A stretch of DNA of 64,000 bases from the IMG/VR virus record IMGVR_UViG_3300049143_000045, positions 2,798-66,797 of that record, one strand, 5' to 3'. This document shows positions 10,059 to 18,813 of this stretch, piece after piece; positions within the stretch are counted from its first letter, which is position 1, and each line of letters opens with the position of its first letter. The translations under genes and the position numbers were made by a program. The DNA is from a virus. Lineage: Duplodnaviria > Caudoviricetes. The notes beneath the pieces were generated by a model. The model searched no databases, was not told the DNA's origin, and saw only the letters and a program-made list of their open reading frames with translations.

Positions 10059-10202
10059 ATGGACGTCATCCACCTGCTCGCCCTCGTCGCGTTCCTCGCC
10101 GCTGGTATCTGGGCGGCGATCAGCCGGGCCTGGCCTCTCGCCCTGATCGCGGCTGGCCTATTCCTGCTCACGCTCGAGATGTCGGGCCTCATCAACTCCT
10201 GA
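10059..10202 (+). CDS. Small membrane peptide (47 aa, not in ORF track)
   Basis: GGAGG RBS; MDVIHLLALVAFLAAGIWAAISRAWPLALIAAGLFLLTLEMSGLINS. Confidence 0.65.
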   Translation: MDVIHLLALVAFLAAGIWAAISRAWPLALIAAGLFLLTLEMSGLINS

Positions 10203-10213
10203 CGGAGGTCACC

Positions 10214-12505
10214 GTGCCCGACCAGCTTGATGAGGGCCGTCACTCGTGGGATCCGGGCGAGCACCCGAGAGACGGCGACGGCAAGTTCGCTACCTCGCCT
10301 GGCGGCGGGAAGGACTCCGCTCCTTCGGCTGGTAAGAGCAAGCCCAGCTCGGGGCGCGGCATGCCGAAGACACTGGCCACCTCGCGCATTCAGCGGACAG
10401 GCGGCGGCACGCTCACCATGTCCCGCCACGCCGACGGCAGCCGGAACATCAGCGACGGCAAGCAGAACGTCACCCTCTCCCAGAAGCAGACCGACGACCT
10501 CATCTCCACGCTGACGGTCGCAGCCTCCGACGAGTGGCCGGCAGGCGAAACCGAGTCTGTGCCCGGCGTCGGCAAGGTCACCGCGCAGGGCCGTGGACGC
10601 TACGACGTCACCTTCGACAGCGGCGAAACCATCACCCTCACCGGGCGTGAAGTGTCCCGCGTCGAAGCCGCCAACCAGCAGCTCGACAAAGCGCACCGCA
10701 TCGACACCAGTTCGGGCCCGCTTGACGTGTACGCCGACGGCAACCGCAAGGTCGGCGTCCGCCACCTCGGCGACGACGGCAAGCCAGTCGACGTGGTGTT
10801 CAACCGCGGCTCGTTCGCGAAGGTCACCGACGCGGTCACCGACATCATCGACGGCCTCGACTTCCCCCAGCCGGGCGAGGAACCCGTCAGAACCAAGACG
10901 GTGAACACGAACGTCGGGCGGGTCTCTGTCGAGGTTGTCGGCGACTGGGGCAAGCCCGGGTCCGGCAACCGAATCGAGATCACCCCAGCAGACGGCGGCG
11001 ACTGGGGCCTCGTCATCGACGGCGCCCACCACAACGACTGGTTCGACGCCACCTCGAACATCCTGGACGAAGCGGAGAAGGTCATGCCCAGTCAGCAGGT
11101 ACTCACCGAGGCTCCACACAGCCTCAGCGAGGCCCGTCAGGGGCAGGCCAGCAAGGGCCGCTTCAAGGTGCTGCTGATCCAGGCCGGGTGGGGTTCGTCC
11201 GGCTACTACAGCGAGGCAGTCCTGAAGCGGGACGGGCCGAAGGTGTGGCCCAAGGGCACCCACATGTACCTCAACCACCCCACCCCGTCGGAGTCCGCCG
11301 AACGGCCCGAGGGTGACGTCCAAATGTGGGCGTCGATCACCACCAGCGACCCGGTCTGGGATCCGAACGAGCGCGGCCTCGTCGCCGAAATCCAGGTCTT
11401 CCCACAGTGGCGGAACCTCCTCAACGAGGTGTTCGCCAAGAACGTCGGCCTGTCGATCCGCGCCTCAGGCCAAGTCGAACGCGGCACCGCCGAAGGACGC
11501 GACGGGCTGATCGTCACCTCCCTCGATGAGGGCATCGCTGTCGACTGGGTCACACGCGCCGGAGCAGGAGGACGAGTTTTGCAGCTCATCGAATCAGCCC
11601 GTTCCGAAGGGAGCGGGCTGCTACGCAAGGCCACAGAAGCGCAGCAGCCCGCGGACCTGCAGGAGAAACGGAACGTCGGCAACTGGCTGGAGTCCCGCAT
11701 CCACGCGATGTTCACGCAGCTCGCCGACGACATGTTCGGGGAGGGACGCCTGACCCGCGACGAACGGATCGGCCTCTCCAACGCCATCGGTGAGGGCCTG
11801 ACCGCCTTCAACAACGTGGTCGCCGAGAACATCCCTCACCTGTACCAGCGCGACCTCTGGGACAACCCAGAGCCCGCGCCCGCCGAAGTCGTAGAGACCT
11901 CGGCCCCCATCGTGCCGGCGCCGCCGGTCACCACCCTGAAGGAGGTAGCCCCCGTGAGCGGAGGCACCAGCGCACAGGGCTCGCCGAACGGCGGCCCGAT
12001 CGAGCTGAGCGAGGCGGAACTGCGCACCTCTCTCGCCGAGACGAAGCAGCGCCTGGCTGAGGCGGAGCTGGAGATCGCCAAGCTGGGCGACCAGTCCCGC
12101 CAGCTGGCCGAGGCCAAGACCAAGCTGGCCGAGGCCGAGCGCACCAACCTGCGACTCGTCGCTAACAACGCCGCCCGCGACAAGGCCGCCGAGGCGCTCG
12201 CCGAGTCGACGCTGCCTGAGGTCGCCCACGCCAAGGTCATCGAGTCGGTGACCGGCGCCAACGTCCCCCTGAACGAGGACGGCGCGCTCGATGAGGCGGC
12301 ACTGGTCAAGACGATCAAGGCCGCGATCGAGCGCGAGCGCGACTACCTGTCGAAGTTCGCCGAGGCGGCCGGCATCGGGCAGGTCCGCGGTCTCGGCGGC
12401 GGCAGCGAGCCGCACGTCAACCTGGAGTCCGAGCTGGGCGACGTGTTCAAGTCGCTCGGCATGAACGAGAGTGCGGCGTCCGTGGCCGCGAAGGGACGTA
12501 GCTGA
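10214..12505 (+). CDS. Capsid maturation protease/scaffold with ~290-aa N-terminal extension
   Basis: GTG 10214 after GGAGG; HPRDGDGKFA motif; protease-like LIQAGWGSSGYY...YLNHP; coiled-coil scaffold C-terminus; precedes capsid genes. Confidence 0.75.
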   Translation: MPDQLDEGRHSWDPGEHPRDGDGKFATSPGGGKDSAPSAGKSKPSSGRGMPKTLATSRIQRTGGGTLTMSRHADGSRNISDGKQNVTLSQKQTDDLISTLTVAASDEWPAGETESVPGVGKVTAQGRGRYDVTFDSGETITLTGREVSRVEAANQQLDKAHRIDTSSGPLDVYADGNRKVGVRHLGDDGKPVDVVFNRGSFAKVTDAVTDIIDGLDFPQPGEEPVRTKTVNTNVGRVSVEVVGDWGKPGSGNRIEITPADGGDWGLVIDGAHHNDWFDATSNILDEAEKVMPSQQVLTEAPHSLSEARQGQASKGRFKVLLIQAGWGSSGYYSEAVLKRDGPKVWPKGTHMYLNHPTPSESAERPEGDVQMWASITTSDPVWDPNERGLVAEIQVFPQWRNLLNEVFAKNVGLSIRASGQVERGTAEGRDGLIVTSLDEGIAVDWVTRAGAGGRVLQLIESARSEGSGLLRKATEAQQPADLQEKRNVGNWLESRIHAMFTQLADDMFGEGRLTRDERIGLSNAIGEGLTAFNNVVAENIPHLYQRDLWDNPEPAPAEVVETSAPIVPAPPVTTLKEVAPVSGGTSAQGSPNGGPIELSEAELRTSLAETKQRLAEAELEIAKLGDQSRQLAEAKTKLAEAERTNLRLVANNAARDKAAEALAESTLPEVAHAKVIESVTGANVPLNEDGALDEAALVKTIKAAIERERDYLSKFAEAAGIGQVRGLGGGSEPHVNLESELGDVFKSLGMNESAASVAAKGRS

Positions 12506-12506
12506 C

Positions 12507-12881
12507 ATGGCGACCAACCGCGTGTTCGAGCACGGCACCCAGTTCGGGGCCGACGTGTCCGGCGTCACCGGCACCGGAGACAGCGGCCTGGTCCTGTCCG
12601 GTGACCCGGTCGTGATCGGCCAGCTCCCGGGCGTGGCGCTCACCAGCGAGGACGCTGACGGCATGGCCACCATCCAGACGGACGGCGTTTTCGACCTGCC
12701 CGTCAAGGGTGAGACCACCACGAACGCCGCCATCACTGTGGGCGCGATCGTCTACTACGACGCCGCCGCCACCCCGCACAAGCTCAACGCCGACAACACC
12801 AACGGTGTCCGCTTCGGCTACGCGCTGGAGGCCGTGAGCAGCGGCGCCACCGCGACCATCCGCGTCAAGGTCGGCTACTAA
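12507..12881 (+). CDS. Head decoration/capsid cement protein (DUF2190-like)
   Basis: LSGDPVVIGQLPGVA...TDGVFDL; position before major capsid gene. Confidence 0.75.
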   Translation: MATNRVFEHGTQFGADVSGVTGTGDSGLVLSGDPVVIGQLPGVALTSEDADGMATIQTDGVFDLPVKGETTTNAAITVGAIVYYDAAATPHKLNADNTNGVRFGYALEAVSSGATATIRVKVGY

Positions 12882-12901
12882 GAGCCGGAGAGGATCACAA
12901 C

Positions 12902-14089
12902 ATGTCGGATCTCACGATCCTTCCGGACGAGGGCAGCCGCCCCGCCGACAAGGCCACCCCGGGCTGGCTGCACGAGGGCGCCGGTAGCGGTATCCGCAGC
13001 CTGCGCGCCCGCCGCCAGCTCGACACCGGGTACAACAGCCGCCTGGTGGAGGCTGCCCGCCTGTACGAGCGCGCCACCACGGGGAACCGGCGGGCGCTGC
13101 TGGACTTCGAGGAGGCGATGACCACCTCCGATTTCGGCATCCTGTTCGCCGACATCCTGGACCGGCAGGTGCTCGGCTCCTACCAGGACTGGCCTTCCAC
13201 GTGGCAGCTGTACGCCCGCCGCGGCACCGTCCGCGACTTCCGTACGGTGAAGCGGTTCGCCTTGGATGGCGCATCCGCGACCCTGGAGGAGGTCCCGGAG
13301 CGGGGCGAGTACCCCGAGGCCGCGGTTGTCCCGTCCGAGTACGAGTACCGGGTCAGCAAGTACGGCCGCAGGCTCGACTGGACGTGGGAGATGCGCGTCA
13401 ACGACGACCTCGACAGCTTCCGCGAGCTGCCGCTGATCCTCGGCCGGGCTGCGCGGATGACGGAGGACAAGTTCGTCACCCAGCTCTACGCCGGCGCCAG
13501 CGGCCCCAACAGCACGTTTTTCTCCGGCGGTAACGGCAACGTCGTCACCGGCAACCCGGTCCTGTCCGTGGACGCCCTGGAAACCGCGATGATCGTCCTG
13601 GCGGCCCAGCGTGACAGCGACGGCAACCCGATCTTCATCGACCGGATGAACCTCGTCGTGCCGCCCGCCCTTGAGGTCGTGGCGAACAACATCCTCAACG
13701 CCGTCCAGATCGACGCCGCATCGGGCGGCGGCGACGGCACCGGCAACAACCAGCTCCGCGTCAACAACTGGCTGGCCCGCCGCATTAGCGTCGTGGTCAA
13801 TCCGTGGCTGCCGATCGTCTCTTCCACCGCCAACGGCAACACCTCCTGGTACCTGATCGGCCAGACCATGGCCGGACGCCCCGCCATGGAAGTCGGCTTC
13901 CTCCGAGGCCACGAAACCCCCGAAGTGTTCGTCAAGGCCCCGGACTCCATCCGTGTCGGCGGCGGCATGAGCCCCGTCGAGGACGGCGACTTCGAGACCG
14001 ACGCCATCCGCCACAAGGTCCGCATGGTCCTGGGCGGCACCCTGATGGACCCGAAGATGGCGGTCGCCTCCAACGGCACCGCCCCGTAA
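12902..14089 (+). CDS. Major capsid protein (Mu gpT-like)
   Basis: EAMTTSDF, VRDFRT, LEEVPERGEY, KYGRR...W motifs. Confidence 0.88.
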   Translation: MSDLTILPDEGSRPADKATPGWLHEGAGSGIRSLRARRQLDTGYNSRLVEAARLYERATTGNRRALLDFEEAMTTSDFGILFADILDRQVLGSYQDWPSTWQLYARRGTVRDFRTVKRFALDGASATLEEVPERGEYPEAAVVPSEYEYRVSKYGRRLDWTWEMRVNDDLDSFRELPLILGRAARMTEDKFVTQLYAGASGPNSTFFSGGNGNVVTGNPVLSVDALETAMIVLAAQRDSDGNPIFIDRMNLVVPPALEVVANNILNAVQIDAASGGGDGTGNNQLRVNNWLARRISVVVNPWLPIVSSTANGNTSWYLIGQTMAGRPAMEVGFLRGHETPEVFVKAPDSIRVGGGMSPVEDGDFETDAIRHKVRMVLGGTLMDPKMAVASNGTAP

Positions 14090-14322
14090 TGGGGAAGCTG
14101 CGTCCTCCGGTGAACGGCACGGAGGTATACCTGGCAGCGATCCACGACCGTCTCGGGCAGATCCTCGACCGTCTTCCGGCTCCTGCTTCGGCGCCGGAAG
14201 ACGGCACGGTGGAGCTGCGCGAACCGGACGCACCGGGCGAGAGTGCCGTGCCGCCTGCCGAGAAGCTCATAGAGCCAGCCACGCCGAAGCGCAGGCGGAC
14301 TCCGAAGACGAAGGGGGTCTGA
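14089..14322 (+). CDS. Hypothetical head-region protein
   Basis: ATG overlaps capsid stop. Confidence 0.55.
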   Translation: MGKLRPPVNGTEVYLAAIHDRLGQILDRLPAPASAPEDGTVELREPDAPGESAVPPAEKLIEPATPKRRRTPKTKGV

Positions 14323-14323
14323 C

Positions 14324-14656
14324 ATGGCCACCACTGCCAAGGGCGTGCCCGGCGGCCTCGCCACGCTCGACAGCGCAGGCCGAATCCCGGGCGCGCAGGT
14401 CATCCTGACCGCATCCGCGGCGCTGGACTTCGCGTCCATCGCTGCGGGCGCGGTCGGCACGCACAGCCACACCGTGACCGGAGCCGCCACGAGCGACTTC
14501 GTGATCGTGTCGCCGCCCGGCAACCTGACCGCAGGCCTGGTGTTCTGCGCCTACGTGTCCGCCGCGCACACGGTGACGATCCGCATCATCAACGGCACCG
14601 CCAGCCCCATCGATCCGGCGTCCGCCACCTGGCACATCGCCGTCCTGAAGGCGTAG
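14324..14656 (+). CDS. Hypothetical virion protein
   Basis: 110 aa beta-rich ORF in the structural operon. Confidence 0.6.
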   Translation: MATTAKGVPGGLATLDSAGRIPGAQVILTASAALDFASIAAGAVGTHSHTVTGAATSDFVIVSPPGNLTAGLVFCAYVSAAHTVTIRIINGTASPIDPASATWHIAVLKA

Positions 14657-14663
14657 CCCGCGC

Positions 14664-15023
14664 GTGGCGATCGACTACACCACGGATGTCGGCAAGGTCC
14701 GCCTGCTGATCCCCGACACGGACGAGGCCAACCTGCTGCTCGACGACGGGCAGGTCACCGCGTTCCTGGCGTTGGAAGGCGGCGGCGTCAAGCTTGCCGC
14801 CGCTCAGGCCCTGGACACGATCGCTTCGTCTGAGGCGCTCGTCTCCAAGGTGATCACCACGCAGGACCTGTCCACTGACGGCGCTAAGGTCGCGGCCGAG
14901 CTCCGAGCCCGCGCCGCGGCCCTGCGCCAACAGGTGGACGACGGCACCGGCGACGACTCGGTGGGCTTCGACATCGTCGACTTCGACAGATGGCTCGGCT
15001 ACCGCGGATACGAGTCCTGCTAG
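14664..15023 (+). CDS. Head-to-tail adaptor
   Basis: DYTTDVGKVRLLIPD motif and synteny. Confidence 0.7.
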   Translation: MAIDYTTDVGKVRLLIPDTDEANLLLDDGQVTAFLALEGGGVKLAAAQALDTIASSEALVSKVITTQDLSTDGAKVAAELRARAAALRQQVDDGTGDDSVGFDIVDFDRWLGYRGYESC

Positions 15024-15035
15024 GGGGTTCCACGC

Positions 15036-15464
15036 ATGCCCCTAGCCGGACATCGACCGGTCCCGGCGCGCTGGTCGGAACATCACCGGCCAGTCGCGTC
15101 AGGCACCCACACCGCGGCCTGCACGCTCCAACGGCAGACCGGCGACGGCTTCCTTGACGAGGACGGAGTCTGGCACCCGCCCACCTTCACGGCCCTCTAC
15201 ACAGGGCCGTGCAGGGTTATCCCGCAGGCGGGCGAGGCCCGCATCGTCGTCTCGGGCGAACGTCAGGTGTCGCTCCGCTCCTACGAAGTGGCCATCGAAT
15301 GGGACGCCGCCGAGGTGCAGGAAGACGACCTCCTGACGATCACCTCAGGGCACGACCCACACATCGCCGGCCTCGAGCTGATCGTGACCGACGTACGCCT
15401 GTCCGGAGAGACGTGGGAGCGGGTCCTCGTCTGCCAGCAGAACATGACGGAGGAGCCAGTATGA
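15036..15464 (+). CDS. Head-to-tail stopper (DUF6093-like)
   Basis: YTGPCRV motif and synteny. Confidence 0.65.
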   Translation: MPLAGHRPVPARWSEHHRPVASGTHTAACTLQRQTGDGFLDEDGVWHPPTFTALYTGPCRVIPQAGEARIVVSGERQVSLRSYEVAIEWDAAEVQEDDLLTITSGHDPHIAGLELIVTDVRLSGETWERVLVCQQNMTEEPV

Positions 15465-15814
15465 GCGACTTCGAGTTCAGCGAACTGCACGAGATCGAGC
15501 GGACCATCGACGCCTCAGGCCCGAAGGTCGAAGCGCTCGCCAAGGCAGTCGTCAGGAAGATGGGCTTCGACACCGTCGCCGAGGCTCAGGCGCTCGTGCC
15601 CGTTGACACCGGCAATCTGAAGAACAGCATCGGCGTGGACTTCGACGCGGACGGGCTTGGCTTCGAGGCAGGCCCCACCGCGAACTACGGTCACTTCGTA
15701 GAGTGGGGCACGAGCAGGATGTCGCCGCGCCCCTACATGCGGCCCGCCTTCGACAAGGTCACCGAACCTTTGGACGCGCTGATCGCCCAGATCGAGGCTA
15801 AGGCGCTCGAATGA
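15461..15814 (+). CDS. HK97 gp10-family tail component
   Basis: PVDTGNLKNSI...YGHFVEWGTSRMSPRPYMRPA. Confidence 0.85.
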   Translation: MSDFEFSELHEIERTIDASGPKVEALAKAVVRKMGFDTVAEAQALVPVDTGNLKNSIGVDFDADGLGFEAGPTANYGHFVEWGTSRMSPRPYMRPAFDKVTEPLDALIAQIEAKALE

Positions 15815-16242
15815 TCCCCGTCGCAGCGAGTATGCCGCACACTGACGCCGTCGTGGCCGCGATCTCCGCCATCCCTATGCTGGTCGGCCGCACTATCAAG
15901 CCTGCCGGGGGCGGGTGGACGGGCACTCCAGGCAGTTCCACGTATGTGAGATACGCCGTCGTCTACCCGTCGCCGGGATCCCCTGACGGGAACCTCGCGG
16001 AGCCGTACGAGTACCTGGACTATTCGGCGCAGGTCAACATATTCGGTGCCACCGCGTCCCAGGCTGAGGGCGCAATGGACGCGGTCCGATCTGCGCTGAT
16101 CGGCCAGCGGCTCACGGTCGTGGGCCGTGCGACCTATCCCGTGCAGTTCGTCGGCGGGCCGCCTGTCATCCGTGACGACTCGGTGACCCCTGCGGTGTTC
16201 ATGGCCGCCGTCGAGATCGCCTTCCTCACACAGCCTCTTTAG
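15811..16242 (+). CDS. Tail terminator
   Basis: Synteny after gp10; size and beta pattern. Confidence 0.6.
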   Translation: MIPVAASMPHTDAVVAAISAIPMLVGRTIKPAGGGWTGTPGSSTYVRYAVVYPSPGSPDGNLAEPYEYLDYSAQVNIFGATASQAEGAMDAVRSALIGQRLTVVGRATYPVQFVGGPPVIRDDSVTPAVFMAAVEIAFLTQPL

Positions 16243-16310
16243 ACCTCACTCGTTTTCAGCCCGTCACCAGCCGGTGTGCGGGCTCTTTGGCATGCCCTGG
16301 AGGAGCCCGC

Positions 16311-16643
16311 ATGGCTACCCGCACAGCTCAGGCGATCACGGTCGGAGGGGTAACGCCCACCTACCACGCCGCCACAGCCACCACCGGCGACAAGGTCCTC
16401 GCCGACTCTCGGACGTGGGTCCACGTCAAGAACGGGTCGGGCGGCGCGATCACCGTCACCGTGTCCGGCGCAGGCCAGACCCCGTACCTGGTGGACAACC
16501 CAGACAAGGTCTACAACGTCGCCACCGGCGCCGAGGTGTGGATCCCGATGCTGCCCGAATACGGCGACCCGGAAGACGGCCGCCATGTCCATTTCGTGTG
16601 CAGCCCCGTCACCAGCGTGACGTTCGCGGTTGGACGCATCTGA
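16311..16643 (+). CDS. Hypothetical virion protein
   Basis: GGAGGAG RBS, ATG 16311. Confidence 0.6.
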   Translation: MATRTAQAITVGGVTPTYHAATATTGDKVLADSRTWVHVKNGSGGAITVTVSGAGQTPYLVDNPDKVYNVATGAEVWIPMLPEYGDPEDGRHVHFVCSPVTSVTFAVGRI

Positions 16644-16855
16644 TGGCGCGCCCCAAGATTCGCGTCCGCTCCAAGACCAGCGGCGCCACTGCAGAGATTG
16701 CGCCCGAGGCGCTGCGGCACTTCCCCGACTACGAGCAGATCGACGACGCCCCAGAGGCGGCGTTCGTCGAGCCCGCGCTCCCGCCTGAAGAGGCGGTTGA
16801 GCCCCAGACCACTTCGCGCCGCAGCACGGCGGCCAAGACCACCGAGAAGGAGTAA
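16643..16855 (+). CDS. Hypothetical protein
   Basis: ATG overlaps previous stop (TGATG). Confidence 0.55.
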   Translation: MARPKIRVRSKTSGATAEIAPEALRHFPDYEQIDDAPEAAFVEPALPPEEAVEPQTTSRRSTAAKTTEKE

Positions 16856-16857
16856 CC

Positions 16858-17340
16858 ATGGCTGCCGACCTCCTGGGCGACGGTAACGTGAAAGCTACGT
16901 TCGTCCTGACCATTGCGAACGTCAGCGCTCCAACCGCCGCCGAACTCAATGCTGGCGTGGATCTGCAGGAGTACATCACCAAGGACGGTCTGGGCATTGC
17001 GCCGGAGCAGGCCGCGGTCGACAACACCGCGCTCGCTTCCCGCGACGAGACCGAGGACGCGGGCACGGTCAAGTACAGCATCGAGCTGACCGTGAAGCGC
17101 AAGGATGAGGCGGCCGAGGACATCGGCTGGAACACGCTCACCGACCGCACGCTCGGCTACCTGGTTGTCCGCCGTAACCTGCCCCATGAGACCGCCTACG
17201 CTGCCGGCCAGCGCGTCGAGGTGTACCCGGTCCGCTGCGGCCGGCCGAACATGCAGCCGCCCGAGTTGAACGCGGCTCAGCGGTTCATGTCGAAGCTGTT
17301 CAACCACACCACGGCTGACCCGGATGCGTTGGTGGCCTGA
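16858..17340 (+). CDS. Major tail protein
   Basis: APTAAELNAGVDL motif typical of actinophage tail tube proteins. Confidence 0.8.
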   Translation: MAADLLGDGNVKATFVLTIANVSAPTAAELNAGVDLQEYITKDGLGIAPEQAAVDNTALASRDETEDAGTVKYSIELTVKRKDEAAEDIGWNTLTDRTLGYLVVRRNLPHETAYAAGQRVEVYPVRCGRPNMQPPELNAAQRFMSKLFNHTTADPDALVA

Positions 17341-17882
17341 TGTCCGAGACCCCCTACGTTGAAGACATCGACGCGTTCCTCGAGGGGCTCAAGCTCCCTG
17401 AGACCGAAGTCCCGATCGTCATGCGCGGCGATCTGCAGGCCCGGTTCGAGGAGCTTGAGCGGGCGCTCGATGTGGCCCGCCGCAAGCCAGAGAGCGACTC
17501 TCTGGCGGGCGGCGGAAGCGAGGCTCGGCAGATCGCCGAGGAGATCGAGGCACTCAGGGCCGAGATGCAGGGATACGTGCGCGTGTTCCTGCTGCGTGCC
17601 CTGCCTCGTAAGGAGTGGTCTGACCTGCTCAAGGAGCACCCGGCCAGGAAGCAGGACGCGCCCGCGGACTTCAACCGGGAGACTCTGCCCATCTCCGCTT
17701 TGGCGGCATGCTCGGTGAAGCCGAAAATGAGCGAAGCTCAGGCTGGCAGGCTCGTCGATGCTGTCACTCAGGGCCAGTGGGCTGTGCTCTGGCAGGCCAT
17801 CCTGGGGCTGAATGGGGGTAGCGGGGAGGTCCCTTTCTCCGTGGCCGCCTCCGCGACTCTCAACAGCACCAGGACGAACTGA
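17340..17882 (+). CDS. Tail assembly chaperone (gpG-like)
   Basis: Between major tail and tape measure genes; contains slippery site. Confidence 0.8.
   Translation: MSETPYVEDIDAFLEGLKLPETEVPIVMRGDLQARFEELERALDVARRKPESDSLAGGGSEARQIAEEIEALRAEMQGYVRVFLLRALPRKEWSDLLKEHPARKQDAPADFNRETLPISALAACSVKPKMSEAQAGRLVDAVTQGQWAVLWQAILGLNGGSGEVPFSVAASATLNSTRTN
17831..17837 (+). other. -1 programmed frameshift site C CCT TTC giving a gpGT-like product ending at 18238
   Basis: X XXY YYZ heptamer in the correct frame; -1 frame reads FLRGRLRDSQQHQDELKLARAYRIPRSKLLGREP into ORF 17921-18238. Confidence 0.8.
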
Positions 17883-18260
17883 AACTCGCCCGCGCCTACC
17901 GCATCCCCCGCTCGAAGCTCTTGGGCCGCGAGCCTCGTAGCGTCACGACTTTCGAGTACGACGGGCGGGGGCGGCTGGTGCGGGCGATCACCGTCCGAGA
18001 GCCGGAGTGGCTGGAAGAGGACCGCGACTGGGCCACGGCTGACCTGCACGAGCAGGCCAGTAAGTGCTCCAGTGGATGCGGGCTGCCGCTGGATGAGACA
18101 ACCGACCCAGCGAACGAGGGAGCGTATGAGGCGCCGCTCCCTACCAGGTGCTTCGCGTGTACGACGCTGTCGGCTCGGCAGGCTGAGTACAAGGAAGACC
18201 CATCGAGCCTGCTGTTCCACGTTCGCAAGGTGCGATGACGACCGCTGCGTGCAGGAGTTT

Positions 18261-18683
18261 CTACCTAGGCAGGCTTAGCACGACCACTGCTGCGAGGGCG
18301 AGCAGCCCGAGCGCCATGCCAGCGCGCGACATACCGCGGTTCGACGCTGTGCCGATCTTGGCCTTTGTGAGGCCAACTCCTGAGAACAGCACGGCGAGGA
18401 CTCCAAGGCCGAAGCCAGCGCCCCCGAATCGGCCTATGACAGCCACGATCACGACCGCCACGATGCCGACTACAAGACCCGTGATTCCTACCCAGTTGTG
18501 CTCCGCGTATGGAGCTGATGGCGCTGGGGCCTGCGGGTGGGCTGGTGGTTGTCCTTGCCACTGCTGGGGCGGATACGGCTGTCCTGCTTGAGGGGCGTAG
18601 TTGGGCTGCTGGGGCGGAGACACCGGCGAGGGTTGCCATTGCTGCGGCCCTGGCTGGCCCTGCGGTGGTCCCTGATGCGTCAT
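18261..18683 (-). CDS. DUF4190-like membrane protein with Pro/Gln-rich N-terminus (moron)
   Basis: PQ-rich N-terminus, hydrophobic helices, GMSRAGMALG; antisense within tail operon. Confidence 0.65.
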   Translation of the reverse strand: MTHQGPPQGQPGPQQWQPSPVSPPQQPNYAPQAGQPYPPQQWQGQPPAHPQAPAPSAPYAEHNWVGITGLVVGIVAVVIVAVIGRFGGAGFGLGVLAVLFSGVGLTKAKIGTASNRGMSRAGMALGLLALAAVVVLSLPR

Positions 18684-18813
18684 GCGGGCCTCCTGAGGCG
18701 TAGGGGATGCGCGAGTAGGACGCGCAAAGCCGCGATCTGGTTTGCACTTTGACACGTCTGCGACTGATCCATCACGCGATCACCTGATTTCAAAGCCATG
18801 GAGGTGATCCGTC

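Noticed and set aside
9899-10213. N-terminal 105 aa of the 868-aa ORF
   Set aside because: Overlaps the MuF stop, a structured element and a better 47-aa ORF; a GGAGG RBS supports GTG 10214.
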